Shown one piece after another: positions 11,199 through 25,154 of a stretch of DNA of 64,000 nucleotides (within the stretch, counting starts at the first letter, position 1; each line of letters starts with the position of its first letter). Position numbers and translations under genes: made by a program. The notes beneath the pieces are model-generated. The model was not told where the DNA came from and did no database searches. It saw only the letters and a program-made list of their open reading frames with translations. This stretch comes from Octopus sinensis (taxonomy: Eukaryota): positions 63,364,001 to 63,428,000 of the forward strand of contig NC_042997.1 in assembly GCF_006345805.1 (NCBI RefSeq), read 5' to 3'.

Positions 11199-12032
11199 TG
11201 TCAAGTAAAGCTGCGAAACAAAGCAATACTCTTTCCAAGTGTTAAATTGAAGAAATCATGTGACTAGAACAATATTTCGTTAACAGATTGTTTCTTCATG
11301 AGAGGCATTATATGTAAACTACAGAAGTTTCCGATTAACTAGTCGACTGTCCATCCTTTCATTCTGGTATTTTCAAATTTACTATCAAAAAACCTTAAGA
11401 AGTATTTTTATTAATTAAATGTTCCTTCAGAATATAGTGCCATCCGTAAATTATGAACGAAGAAGTATCCCATTTTACCCTTTCTTCGAATTTGTAAGCT
11501 TATTTATTAGGAAAAAGTATTAGAAATTTGAAAACATCTTAAATAATGCACTCATCCATGTTATGCTTCAAGGATCTAACATAATCGTACAAATAACTAA
11601 ATTTTTAGCATCAGAAATATCCATACATGCGAATGGGTAAAATACAGCATATCTTTTACCTGTAGAAAAAGCGATAGATCAAGTATTACTATGGAATGAG
11701 GAGAAGATCAATTAAAATTAATTCTATCTACAAAATATGCTAGGTGATTATAACTGAGTGAGTCCAAATGTCTGAGTTAATTATAGATATATTGAAATGT
11801 CTAGTACCACTTGCAAGCATTCCTGCCTTTTAATTTATGTCCTCTGAATCTTTACTCATGTCAACACAACAGCTGTTGAAAACTCCATCTACCACCAATT
11901 GTAAATTACACACATTAAGCAAAACTGGCATTTACTTTCGTTTTGCATTCGGCGTCATAAACATATGAGATCTCTTTTATTTACACCATTTCTCTACGTT
12001 CAAAATGTTCAGTGATAACTGGAACTGACTTA

Positions 12033-12400
12033 GGCGCAGGAGTGGCTGTGTGGTAAGTAGCTTGCTAACCAACCACACGGTTGCCGGTTCAGTCCCACTG
12101 CGTGGCATCTTGGGCAAGTGTCTTCTGCTATAGCCCCGGGCCGACCAAAGCCTTGTGAGTGGATTGGTAGACGGAAACTGAAAGAAGCCTGTCGTATATA
12201 TGTATATATATGTATATGTGTGTGTGTTTCTGTGTCTGTGTTTGCCCCCCTAGCATTGCTTGACAACCGATGCTGGTGTGTTTACGTCCCCGTCACTTAG
12301 CGGTTCGGCAAAAAGAGACCGATAGAATAAGTACTAAAAGGTGGTGCTCCAGCATGGCCGCAGTCAAATGACTGAAACAAGTAAAAGAGTAAAGAGTATA
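12033..12400 (+). mobile_element. Near full-length tRNA/CORE SINE with internal (TA)/(TG) microsatellite (OR-type octopus SINE-like)
   Basis: A-box TGGCTGTGTGG, B-like GGTTCAGTCCC, CORE-like CATCTTGGGCAAGTGTCTT, short-repeat tail AAAAGAGTAAAGAGTA. Confidence 0.8.
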
Positions 12401-12659
12401 CGAATTTACCTCTGTACTGCCCTGAAACAGCTCTCATGTAGTAGTTTATATACTTTGCCGACTATCCAGTCTTTGGAAATCAGCAATAGTTTGTCTTACT
12501 CAAAACTCTGATTCTACCAACTGTTGACCCACGTCAGAACTCTTACAATTTATAGACTTAATCGTAAACAACAAGCAATTTTATCACATTGAGTCTCACT
12601 CTCCCGTGATAGAGTCAAAATTGAGCTGATTCTCTAGAGAGAACGACGTTACAGATATA

Positions 12660-12887
12660 TACGAAGGGTTGCTGAAAAGTTTCTGGCTTTGAGTAAAAGA
12701 AAATACAGGTGGGTGGGGGGGTCAGCTAATTATGATTTTATTCAATATATTCCCCTCTCAGGTTCGCACATATATTGCAGCAGATCTTAATTGATTTTAG
12801 TCTCTGTAAAAGAACTCGGAAGTTGGGCTACAAAGCAGGCCTTTCGCGACACCCTTAAAGCCAGAACCTTTTTAAAACTCCATCGTA
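12660..12887. mobile_element. Mariner-type MITE
   Basis: Imperfect TIRs TACGAAGGGTTGCTGAAAAGTTTCTGGCTTT / AAAGCCAGAACCTTTTTAAAACTCCATCGTA, TA at both ends. Confidence 0.75.
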
Positions 12888-13776
12888 TTGTCAGTGAAAG
12901 ACAGGTTAATTGAACTGAAATTAGCTAAAATTTAGACTGTATCTGATACGAGGAGTTCCTAACTTTCCTGTCTGTGGATTCTGTCTTCCTCGCTCTTCCA
13001 AGTTACGAAAGTGATTTTTACAGTCAGCTCTCTAGCAGTGACAGCTGACAGACCTCATCATCCCTCTTCACCGCATCTTCAGTGACGCTCAGTGCTTTTT
13101 TTCTATTAGACTAGACCCTAGGTGCATTAATGATATTTTTATTGCCTATCACAAAAAAATACCCACAGATCTCACGCAAATGATACTAGAATATACTCTT
13201 AATATATCGAATGCAAAAATTCCTTTTGAATACACAATCTCAACAATCTAAAAGTTCGCAAATATAATGCAGAGACATGAGAGCGTAATCCATTTCAGTA
13301 GAAATGAGTCAGACTGACAGCATATAATACACATTACAACACTACAATACTTCTACAGATGTAAGACTACAATCACTACCATCACTATTACCTGCACCGA
13401 TTATTACCATTTTCAGTTTGGATTCTAAATAATACTCTATAAATCAATTGCAGTCAATGAAAACGATTGGTTTAACAATCTATACTAATTTTTGCTTGAT
13501 GACCACACACTGACCCCATTGTTGAAGCGGCATTCAGAAGATACCAACTTTTCAGCCAACTCTTCCAAATAATAAACTTTTTATAGGAAATATGTTCCTG
13601 GTGAAATTGGAAGTATTTCCTCAGAATACTCAAATGTGTTCTATTAAACTCAAAACTCAAACAAGTTCTGCTTTATAGTATTATTTATAAGTCTTGGACA
13701 ACATCACTAGAATGCACAAATATTGTCTACAACGACCGAGTAGCTTAGAGATGAAAGGAATTATCTCTATATTTTA

Positions 13777-13817
13777 TATTTTACAACTATTCTAGATATT
13801 TTACAACTATTCTAGAT
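13777..13817. repeat. 20-bp tandem duplication ATATTTTACAACTATTCTAG x2
   Basis: Direct reading. Confidence 0.9.
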
Positions 13818-16800
13818 TAGCCACCGTCAAAGGACAACCAGTATACGCACCATTCCTCGATCAACTATCTAACCATTCGTAGTTTATTGTAGTTCCTGAA
13901 CATCACACTAAACACATTTATAATCTCTTGTACGTAGAAAAATATTCCTCTGGAAGTCGATATACGTCTCGCTTGCTTTTAGATGCATCAACCTATACAC
14001 TGATTTTCGGAACTAAGCAATTTTGTTTTATTGATATTAAGTTTCTTTTGACAAATAGCTCTGAAAGTGAAAATATGATATCGTAATGCGAATACCTTTC
14101 CAATAGTTCCAATTTAATACGGTGATATGAAATGACCTGAACTTGGAATGACATAGGTTTACGGACATTGACTTGCATTGGATTATCGTTTGTTTTTGTC
14201 TGTTGCTGCTGCTACAGTGATTAGAAAGGGCTTCCTTTGAAGATTAACAGCATCAATAAAGTTAAATTTCTTTAAAACAGAAAGAAAACCAGCTGCCGAC
14301 TTTCATTTCCTGGCGCCATGTATCTGGCACACCACGTTATCTCTAGTGAAGCTCAGAACGTGAGAATTAATAAGATTTATCAGATTATTAAGGGTTAGGT
14401 TCGAGAACACATATGAATGCTAAAATAGTTGAAAAAGAGGAAGTAACATATAAAACAACGATGCACATTTGATGATTTTAGAAGTAAATAAGAAAATAAA
14501 CTGAAAAATATACTGCAGAATAAAGGGATTGTAGAACCGCTATACTTTTAGAAATGGCCTCAAAAGTATTCAGTAAAATCATTTAATGCTTAGTGTCTGT
14601 TCTACACTAAGAGCTAAGGCAATTGAAGTGGGATTTATCCTTCTGATATTAAGAGGATATAAAATAGTATTATGCATTTAAACAAGAATTTAGATTTGTA
14701 ATGGATGAGAAAAAGATGAATGGCTAGGTAAAGAAATATTTGATACTAACGTTTTACAATAGAATTAAAAAACTCAACCGAAACTGATTTGGAATCAAAA
14801 CGTAAAAGAAAATAATAAACTTTAACATATTCAGAAGACTCTGTCTCAAGACTTTTTTGAATTGCTTTCCGAGTTGATTACATAACAGCCAGTATTTTGT
14901 CGGCTGAAATTCATAATCTCTCCGTTCTGTTGTGAGAATAAAACTATTGTTTTGTAAACAGAGCAGCAATTACAAAGACCTCCTCACTCATCATACACAT
15001 CAAACGTTCATGGGCGCTGTATCTCTTCTTCAAAATAAATAATTTCTTATTACAAAAATGTTCTGCTGCCACACGCCCCCAGAAGATACAACGATTGTGA
15101 TTTTAACAGCGTTCTATCCTGGAAGGCGATTCTTTTCCCGCATGATTCAGAAACTAGAGTCGAACAATAGAGTTCTCATAAATTTTCAAAATTTTTCAGT
15201 CGACAAATACCAGGAGTATGGCAATACAACTACAATATCAACAATATTGATTTCACATTAAATCGATATCCTTGTTATTCTAATATTGTCATAAAAGATT
15301 AAAAAAACAGTAACTAGATTTAGCATTTGCAGTTTTAGATGTACGATTACCAAATAATTATTCATCAAAAGATTTTGGTAAATGCTACATGATAGTTAAT
15401 GGTGATTCTTTAGATGTGAGCAAAATTTAGTAAATACAACAACAATAACAATTAAAAGAACAAACTCAGAAAGTTCTAGTTCAGACATGAAGTAGTATAG
15501 CTGTTATAGAGAAATATCAATATATAAATATGTTATAAGAGATATTAACAGAGAAATGTTAGAAATTGGTATGTAAAAGATGACATGACATTCCCTAAAC
15601 ATAAATGATAAAAGAAAAACATGACAATTAGGTTTGACGTATAATTCTATTAAAGGTTATTAATTAATGATATTGTAGTTGCATTAGATAAAGTTATAAA
15701 GTATATGAAACGCAAGTTGTCTATCTATGAATATCAACTCTCGAATTCGTCGATACATACATAATACATAATTATATATATATATATATATTTATATATA
15801 TGTATGTCTATATATATATCTGTGTGTGTATTTGTATGTGTGTGTTTGTGTGTGTTCCGTTAAATTTGTTCTCTTAACTAGTTGATTAAGAAGTACTCAA
15901 AGGACTGCAATTTCCACAAATAATAGATTCAGTCATAAGCAGCATATAAACATGGCCTTAAAAATGAAGGACAAGAAAATTGAAACTCTCTGCTCAAGAA
16001 TGAGTATATGCGTCTTTTAACTTTATGTATCCTCTAATAACTATATAATGATGTGTAACAAAGCGAATTCTGTTGGTTGTAATAAACTTGAAATACATTG
16101 GAGGAAAGGCTTATTTACGCCTCTCTCAATACCTCTACATTTACGCTCCAAGTGTAAGACTTAAGCCTGTAACTTGATGGGAGAAAAACTGGGGGTACAT
16201 CTATGAATGTGCTACTAAATAAGTCTGGGTTTAAAAACTTGCTAATCATTAAGGCAGATCCGATTATCATCTTTTAGAATTGATGATACCTGCCATTCAG
16301 CTCCTTTCCGAAATGTGCAGACAGCACTAGTTGCAACTCATTTTATCAACTCTATTAATTCCCTGAATCTTTTCTCCTTTATTCTCATCTCTCTGTGCAT
16401 TAATAATTTTTATCATTGTCTGTCTTAAAATTGTATGGAAGACTATACCTTTCAGTAGCCTATCTTGCAGGGCTGTCATAATGAAATTAAGACACACTAG
16501 AATTTAAACGCGCAAATGAGGCGAAAACCTGAAAACAACCTACTGTGAGTGGACGTCAGTCTAGTAACTTTCAATAGAATTATGTCAAAGCATACATTCT
16601 TACAGTACTATACTATACCTCTTGATGAACAAATATTAGAGTTAATAACATTACGCTACATGCACAGTCACCAGTTTCGTCGGATTCCGGCTATTACACT
16701 AAAAACACATTACATTTAATAAAATCTTTTTCTTTTGAGTTTGTAATGCATTTCCTCCACACATTTACTACGTCTTAATATTTGTACTTCATAAATATAA

Positions 16801-18325
16801 AATCTGCTACAATAAACTGATAACCTGTTTGACTCCTATCTCTGCACGCACGACCAATGTAGGAGTCTCTCCTTCTCTTACTACATCCGTCCATACACCT
16901 TTGATATTCCCATTTTAAAGAACAAAGCACTAAATGTACTTAGTGTCCTTTCTGCTCGGCAGAGCACTCTTCTATAACTCCACACTTTCAGCACTTTTCC
17001 TTAAGTCAGTAGCCTACACACCATTTCGAAGAACTAAAACTTATTATTGTAATTTGATTGTGCATTGTAGATAGATTTTTTTTCCTTTTACGATTAAATT
17101 TACATGAAAAGAGGTAACGTTGTAACGTCCACGCATTTCTAAAAGCCATTATGAGTGGGTATTAGATAGAGTGACATGACCTGACCAGAAACCGGAATGG
17201 TTTACGGACTTTGACTGGATTAAGATATCTCTTGCTGAATGAATTTCACTCTACTGTTGTGATTTTAATGAATTTCCTTTGATCGTAACTAACATGAATT
17301 AACTCACATATTTCATTTACTGGTGCCATACATCTAAATCATCGCATCATTGCCTGTGATATGTACTGAGCAATATGCAATGTGATTTATAAGACTATCA
17401 AGTTTTAGTTTCGATTCTATATCACATATGAATGTTAAAATATTTGAAAGTACGGAAATAACATAAAACACAAGCATTGAACATTTTGTTATTTAATAAA
17501 TGGAGTCGACAGAATATAAACTGTAAACTATATTGCAGGAAAAATATATTAGAAAATTACTATATCTTTACAATTGACCCAACAAAGTATTTCGTACATA
17601 CATTGTATTGCTTAGGCTCATTTCAGACTTGGAAGTCTAAGGCCATTGGATGTAGATTAAAATTTCTAACACGAAGAGTATATAAAACAGTATTTTGCAT
17701 TTAAACAAGATAAAATGCTCCTAGTTATGACAATATAACTACAATAACAACGCTATTAATTTCATAATAAATTGAATTCCTTTTCCTTATAACATTTCTA
17801 TGAAAGTGTGAGAGAAAAAAAGGAAAAAACCCAGAAATCTCATTATTTGATGTTTCATCCGAATGACGGCCAGGTAATTCGTTATCAACTGAATTTGATA
17901 AATATGGTTCAATTACAAGTGCTGATTCTTTATAGTAGAATGAAGTAAAGAAAATATAACGAAAATAAAGAAGGAATTCAAGATTTCCATTGAAACAAGA
18001 ATTCATTTAATAGAATATAAAACACATATGTTATAGTTAATCTGTCTAGTGAAATGTTAGATATCTATGTAAGAGATGTTATAAAGAATCCCCAAATCTG
18101 AAATCTACAGAAAAGGCAAGGAAAAAAAACAGAAGGGGAGTTTTAAGATATATTGTATAATTCTGCTTAAACATGTGGATTGCGTTGAATCACGTTTTGA
18201 AACTCAGCGTAGTTATGCACGAGAATTAAATCTAGTATACGAAGACAAAAAAGTAACACTAGGACAAAACACACACACATACATGGAGACTCCAACGATG
18301 GCTTAGCTACCCGAAACTTCTTGTT

Positions 18326-18327
<2 letters not shown>

Positions 18328-18405
<78 letters not shown>

Positions 18406-18492
18406 GTAATAATAATAATAAATAGAAATAAATAAATTAATAATAATAACAATAATAATAATAATAATAATAAAAATAATAATAATAATAAG
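18328..18492. repeat. (CTA)n followed by (AAT)n compound microsatellite
   Basis: Direct reading. Confidence 0.95.
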
Positions 18493-18514
18493 ATTGGAAG
18501 TGTTATCATATACA

Positions 18515-18996
18515 TTGTTTTGTCTTAGTATAAAAGATGGGCTACAGCAAATATTCTGCTCAATAACATAGATTTGCTTGTCAGTTGTTTGACCTTAACC
18601 AGTTGAGCATGTCCCTTAGCGGCTGACAATATGTGCATCTCTGATCACGAGCAGAAGTAGTGAGGGAGCATGATAGCAATGTGTTGAGAGGAATTCTTTG
18701 AGGTTTGAATAATTCACCTCTTGAAACATGGGTGTTTCGTTCAACATCCTTAAACAACCCTTATTCAGGGACCTTTTGAGTGAGATGGGCTACTCGACCT
18801 TAAGAAAATTCTAACTGGGCCCCACCTGCAAGGTTATGCGCTGTCTATCTTGATATAAGATCACCATGTCGCGCACATATGGTTGTGATGCATGTGCCTG
18901 GTGTACCCTTATCAGACGGGTAGTCATGATGGGTATGCTGGGCTTCGTATATTTTACCCGAGTGTCACTTTGATGGCGTGCACTGCTCTCTCACTC

Positions 18997-19031
<35 letters not shown>

Positions 19032-19045
19032 TAATAATAATAATA
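18515..19045 (+). mobile_element. Interspersed repeat ending in (AAT)n tail, probably LINE 3'UTR-derived or non-autonomous
   Basis: GC-richer block ending CTCTCTCACTC-(AAT)n, between AAT arrays; recognised as repeat-like, family not established. Confidence 0.4.
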
Positions 19046-19710
19046 TATTTATATTTATACACCCATATATATATGTGTGGATGTATGTAAATCTGTGTAG
19101 TCTTTCTCTTTCTCCTCCATCTTTTCTCTAGTCCCACAGATGGAAGTAAATAGTCAGGTGATTTGCCCACATGCTGAAGATCTCGATATTCGCTGTAATT
19201 ATATGAATTTGACAAGATTATATACATATATATATATATATATCAAACTAAGCAACAAGGATACCTAGAAGTAATGCAGTATGATCGTTTCATGCAATAC
19301 CATTTAATTGAACAATACAATCATTACATCAATTTAAAATTCAGATCAATCTTCAGATGCACAAAGATATAGAATTTATTTCAATTAGAATAGATGGACA
19401 CATTAGTATAATTATACCTAAAATCTCCCTAATTCCCTAGAAGAAAGGAAAGAGAGAAAGAAGAGAAAATTAGGAAGAGGATGAAACGGAAAAAACGAGA
19501 AAGAAAGTGTCAAATACAATGAAAGAAACAGAGATTAATTTCTACCAAAAAGCAGAGATGGATAAAATATAATGTAAATAATTTATAAATTATAAAGTTA
19601 TAACAACCTAAACGTAAAATAATTAATAGTAATAGAAGCAATACTAAAGCCAAAATACATCATTTACCTCGCATTTAGAGTAGATACTGCGTTAGAACAA
19701 AGAAAAATGC

Positions 19711-19756
19711 GTAATCTGCACTACAAGAACTTGTAATCTGCACTATAAGAACTTGT
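19711..19756. repeat. 22-bp tandem duplication GTAATCTGCACTAYAAGAACTT x2
   Basis: Direct reading, one mismatch. Confidence 0.9.
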
Positions 19757-19974
19757 GGTGCATGAGAGCACTCGTATTTATATCGCTGGGTGGGGCACAA
19801 AAACCATCCGTTACGGTTGCGGGGTCTGCCAGATCAAGTGATTTCGGCCTTCCTTAATTTCTCACTAAGAGATGTCCAGCTAGACATAGCATCTGATTCT
19901 TCTGTCAGCGATATATATATATATGGAATGTGAATATCTGTTCAAACACTAGTGTCGCAAATACCAATAGTCGT

Positions 19975-20075
19975 GCACTGGGTCGATGAAATCAAACCAT
20001 GTGTATGACTGGTACTTATTTAATAGAACGCAGAAAGATGAAAAGTAAAGTCGGCCTCTGTGGAATTCGAGCTTG
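19975..20075 (-). mobile_element. SINE fragment (family of 45110-45340)
   Basis: GGTACTTATTT...AAAGATGAAAAGTAAAGTCGGCCTC matches the reverse complement of 45110-45340. Confidence 0.55.
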
Positions 20076-20489
20076 CTTAAAAATACACACACCGCACACG
20101 CATTTGTGTAAGTATGTATGTATGTTTGTCTGTGTGTGTGTATGTACGCATGCGTATGTTTGTAGGTGTGTATACGTGTACGTCCGTGTTTGTGCTAGTG
20201 TGTGTGTCTCACTGCTTGATTACCACTATCGGTTTGTTTACATTACTAAAAACAACTGTCCGTCCAAAAACGGTTCATAAATTAAGTACAAGGCGCAAAA
20301 TAAACAATGTCATAGATTTGATCGAGTGCATCGGTAAGCCAGCATATTCAATAAATGGAAAAAGCAAACGTTTCTTTTATCTATTATCTTTGACATGTAT
20401 CTGTGATTGCACTGCAGCCTTGCTGGGGCTTGAATAAGTTTAGTTAAATGAAACGACCTAGTACTCGTTCTGTTTCCTGTTAAACAAAC

Positions 20490-20572
20490 TGGTAAGCTAC
20501 GAGGACGTAAACACACCAATACCGGTTGTCAAAGGGTTTTGAGGACAAAAGCCGACCACACACCCACGCACG

Positions 20573-20657
<85 letters not shown>

Positions 20658-20785
20658 GAACATGACAGGCTCCTTTCATTTTCTGTCAGCCAAATCCACT
20701 CACAAGGCTTTGATCAGCTCGAAGCTATAGTAGAAATCGCTTGACCAAGGCGCTACTCAGTGGTACTGAACCCAGCGATATATCG
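20490..20785 (-). mobile_element. SINE (family of 12033-12400) with internal (CA)n(TA)n
   Basis: GGACGTAAACACACCAATACCGGTTGTCAA and TTTCTGTCAGCCAAATCCACTCACAAGGCTTTG match the reverse complement of 12033-12400. Confidence 0.7.
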
Positions 20786-20904
20786 ATGGCTATGAACAAT
20801 TTGTATGTGTATATTGAAAGCGTTTTGGATTGCGGTATTCGTCTTGAGAAAAGAGCATGTGTATAGGTCACTATGTTGAAATTTTCCTGGTTCCGTTGCT
20901 AATA

Positions 20905-21115
20905 TTGGTTTCAAATTTTGGCACAAGGCCATTAGTTTTGGAGAGATACAAGTCGATTACATCGCCCCCACTTTTCAATTGGTACTTATTTTGTCGACCC
21001 CGGAAATATGTGATGCAAAGTCAACATCGGCAGAATTTGATCTCAGACCGTGAAAACGGATGGAATGTCGCTAAGACTTACACCAGTCGTGCTAACGATT
21101 CTGCCAGCTCGCCAC
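20905..21115 (-). mobile_element. SINE (family of 45110-45340)
   Basis: Ends CTGCCAGCTCGCC (reverse complement of head GGCGAGCTGGCAG); GTCGACCCCGGAA; TTGGTTTCAAATTTTGGCACAAGGCC. Confidence 0.7.
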
Positions 21116-21808
21116 CTTTTCCGTTGTTAATATTGTGGGCTACATTTTTGAGAGACAAATTCATTTTTGATGAATTCACAACAAGGACTGTGCACTTAGA
21201 TAATTCCTACCAAATATTTGTTGCTACAAAACAGAATTCTATGCATTTAGTTCTCTCGAAAATACTTTCATTTTCCTGAAGACAAAAGCAGATGTTATAT
21301 ACATTTCACATTTCGAAGAAAAGCATTTCATATAAAAAAATATTTTCTTGTTAAACCTGAAAAATGAATACTATTCCACTAATCTTCTGTTAATGTATTT
21401 CTCTGTTTTTGTTGATATTTAAATGTCATTAAACGAAAATGTAGAGACAGCTCTTTTTATCAGACAAAATTCTGTTTGTGTATGAATATTTTATTTACTC
21501 GTTTACTTTTATCTATTTTTATCTATTTCACTTTTCGAAACGTAATCGAGAATATGTGAGATAATTTACTAGTTCAGCATTGTAGTTGCATGTATGGGTT
21601 TGAATTCAAAGGTTGATTGATATATAGCAAATGATATTTTTACAGAATGGTACGAATGTTATCTGGCCTACATAATATATTCCTTTTGTATGGCATCTGT
21701 GACATGTTTGCTGTTAATGCAAAAAGAAATGTGTCAAACGATCAAATTGAAACAGAGATGCAAAACAAAATAATTTAAGTTTGCTATAACCACGATATTA
21801 ATAATGAA

Positions 21809-22553
21809 TTTCTTCTTCTTTTTCTTCTTTTTCTTCCTCTTCTTCTTCTTCTTCTTCGTCCCCTTTCTCGTCCCCTTCCCCTCCTTCTCCTCCTCCTCCT
21901 CCCCTTCCCCTTCCCCATCCTCTCCTCCTTTTCCTCTTCCCTACTTCCTCCTCCTCCTCTAGCTCCTCTACTTCGTGCTCCTCCTGCTTTCCTTCTTTTT
22001 TCTACCCTGTTATTCCTCCTCTCTCCCTCCTCCTCTTACTCTTCCCCACCCCCGCCATCACCTCCTCCTCCTCCTCCTCCACTTTATATTCTTCCTCCAC
22101 TTCCTATTCTTCCTCCCCTGTTCTTCCTCCCCTCCTCCTCATATTTTCCTTCCCTGTTCCTCTTCCTCCTCTTCTTCCTCCTCCTCCTCCTCCACTTTAT
22201 ATTCTTCCTCCACTTCCTATTCTTCCTCCCCTGTTCTTCCTCCCCTCCTCCTCATATTTTCCTTCCCTGTTCCTCTTCCTCCTCTTCTTCCTCCTCCTCC
22301 CCTTCTTCCTCGTCCTCCTCCCCTTCTTCCTCGTCCTCCTCCTCTTCTTCCTCCTCCTCCTCCTCCTCCCCATTCCCCCCCCCTCCTCCTCCTCCCCTTC
22401 TTCCTCGTCCTCCTCCTCTTCTTCCTCATCCTCCTCCTCCCTTCCTCCTCCTCCCCTTCCCCTTCCCCATCCTCTCCTCCTTTTCCTCTTCCCTACTTCC
22501 TCGTCCTCCTCCCCTTCTTCCTCGTCCTCCTCCCCTCCCCATTTCCTCCTCTC
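21809..22553. repeat. About 750-bp polypyrimidine (TCC/TTC) tract with internal 113-bp and about 50-bp duplications
   Basis: ACTTTATATT at 22081 and 22194; CCCCTTCCCCTTCCCCATCC... at 21901 and 22453. Confidence 0.9.
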
Positions 22554-22561
22554 ACAATGTA

Positions 22562-22627
22562 CAGTCAGACGAAATGTTACTAAGCATTTTGCTCGCCGTG
22601 CTAACAGTTCTGCCAGATTGCCGCCCT
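22562..22627 (-). mobile_element. SINE 5' head fragment (family of 45110-45340)
   Basis: GACGAAATG..CTAAGCATTTTGC..GTGCTAAC..TTCTGCCAG..GCCGCC. Confidence 0.55.
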
Positions 22628-23150
22628 ACCCAGAAAATGTATTATTACAATACGGTAAACGATCGCTAATAGCTCGTGGCAGCAAACTAGAAATGCTTGA
22701 GTTTCAGATAATAAAAACTAATAAAAAACCCTTCAAAGTTGACAACCGTTCACAGATTCATACCATATTTTCATGATAAACATAAGTATAACATGTATAT
22801 TCAACGACCGTAACATCATTTCACAAGTCTCAGCTATAATAGCTTTACGTATGTCCCAAGACTATGTGAACGACATCAATGCACATAATTCTTCGTGGAA
22901 TAAAGATAATTTCGATAACTCAAGTTCTGACACAAAAGCGTTAAAACTAAACACCCGTTATATCCTTAAAATATGCCACAAGCTATTAGGTACACACGTA
23001 TAAGCAGGTTGCATATCACTTCTCTGTAAACCCAATTTTCTTATCTATATCCCTAACACGCCACTACTATATGGCATATAGACTCCCAACTATTATCTTG
23101 TATATCATAATCATATACTGCAAGAATTAAAGATAATGCTATTTCCTAAA

Positions 23151-23565
23151 TACTGGTTTCAAATTTTGCTACAGGGCCAGCAATTTGGAGGGGGTGGTAA
23201 ATCAATGACATCAACTCTAGTGCTCAACTGGTATTTATTTCATCGACACCGAAAATATGAAAGGTAAAGTCGACTACGGCAGAATTTGAGATCTGAACGT
23301 AAAAACGAACGAAATACCGCTACCCAGCGTGTTAAAGGTTCTCTCAGTTCGCCGTCTTATAATTTCCTAAATATTGACTTCGAATGTTGGCGCACTGCAA
23401 GAAATGTCTGGAGATATTCAACTAGTACTTATTTTATAGAGCCCGAAGGTAAGAAAGGCAAAGTCGATCTCGGCGGAATTTGAATTCAGAACATAAAAAA
23501 CGGACGAAATACCACAAATATTTGGCCTGGTGTGTTAACGATTCTACCAGCTCGCTGCCTTACAA
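23151..23565 (-). mobile_element. Two adjacent SINE copies (23151-23355, 23375-23565), family of 45110-45340
   Basis: Repeated AAAGGYAAAGTCGA..CGGC.GAATTTGA and ...CCAG.TCGC.G motifs. Confidence 0.65.
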
Positions 23566-25098
23566 TTTCCTAAATTTTAAGATAAAAAATGTACTAGATC
23601 CGTTCCTTACCAATACGTATATTGATACGTATATTTCATACGTATTTTCTTCAGCCCTCTTTTCCTGTCTATGTTCTAAAATCAACAAGAAGATGGCGTT
23701 TAATGCACCAATATACGCTCTCCCCTCCCTCCCTAACCTGGGTACCTGCTAGGTATTCTTCCAGATATTTTGGCTAAAATCAACATGTTTATTTCTCTAA
23801 GTTAATATGATGTCACAACTGCTTTCCAAACTCCTCCAAAGACCAGCAACACTTTTCTTTGACTAAACCTCAATTTTAAATCGTGGTCACCTAAAGTTTT
23901 TCGTCTTCGGTGATTTTAAGGATGTCACTGTTAATATATCACTACTAGAAACTTCTACAGTCCGTCCTTTGTAAATATCTTGTTTAAGCTTGCGAACTAT
24001 AGAACTTTGACGGAAATATTTACAAATAATTATTATAACTTGCCCCTTGTACCTTTATCTTCTTAGTGATTAACAATACGTCTTATGCCGCTCACATACA
24101 ATGCCTTGCTTTTGTAAATTTTATCCCGCACAGTGTTTGAGTGTGCTTAATGCAATAATCCTCTGACTATGTTGCGTCTCTGTGGAGGCCATGAATATGA
24201 ATATTACTGTTAGATCATATGTGTTGAAATTGGGATTTGCGAATTAATTACTGGACATAAGAATGCATGACAACCGCATTTGCTGCAGCTAATCTCTTTA
24301 AAAAATCATAGTTATGGTTAAAATATAGACTGAGAATTTGAATATGGTTACAGAATATTTCCAGGTATTTTCAGATGACGATTCATGCATTGTATATTCG
24401 TGTCGATGTCATTGATTTTGTTTTTGCAGTAGATCAACGTTCTCTCAACAGAGGTTTGGCGTATGATATGGATAGATTCCAAATGATTTTGGGTGTATGT
24501 GTTAACAGGAATCATTTGTCATACGACAAATGCTACACGCCTGGCAATAACGTAAGAGGTACATATCTCCATTGTGCAGATAGACTCTGAACGTTTCTGC
24601 AGAGAGTCATACAGCGTTGAAACGTTGTTAGCCAAAGGAATTATGAATCCGTCTTGTACATAATGCCGCTTCTTTTCTTTTGTAAGTAAGGCAATATTAA
24701 TTTTCAACCTGGCGGCTATGACAACTTCCCACCTTTCCGGAAATTGCTGATCTTGTGCCGACATATGAAACAATATTTTGAAGTAGTGCTTGGAAACAAG
24801 AAGGTCTCTTATTTTCAAGTGCTGCTTAAGAAGTCAGACATTATTTCTCTTTTACATATTTTTAAGCGTAAATAAGATGGACAAGTTTAACATGGCTTAA
24901 TGGGCAAACACTGAATAAGGTGATGTAGATATTTGCTTTGAATTTTGATGCTTTATTTTGAAATATAAGCAATTCTAGTCTGCTGTCGTGCAATCGTTTT
25001 CGGCAGCTAGCATAAGCATGGGTGTGTATCTATGGTGAAACATTTATAATTTATGTGCAGGTTTACTAGTACAAACAAACACGCACACTCACCCCTAT

Positions 25099-25154
<56 letters not shown>

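Noticed and set aside
13777-19756. 20- and 22-bp direct repeats as possible CRISPR-like arrays
   Set aside because: Only two adjacent copies each, no spacers, eukaryotic context
21975-22583. 202-aa Pro/Leu/Ser-rich ORF
   Set aside because: Translation of the polypyrimidine tract
24519-24818. 99-aa minus-strand ORF as a gene
   Set aside because: No recognisable domain, no good splice sites, and it overlaps a better-supported plus-strand exon candidate
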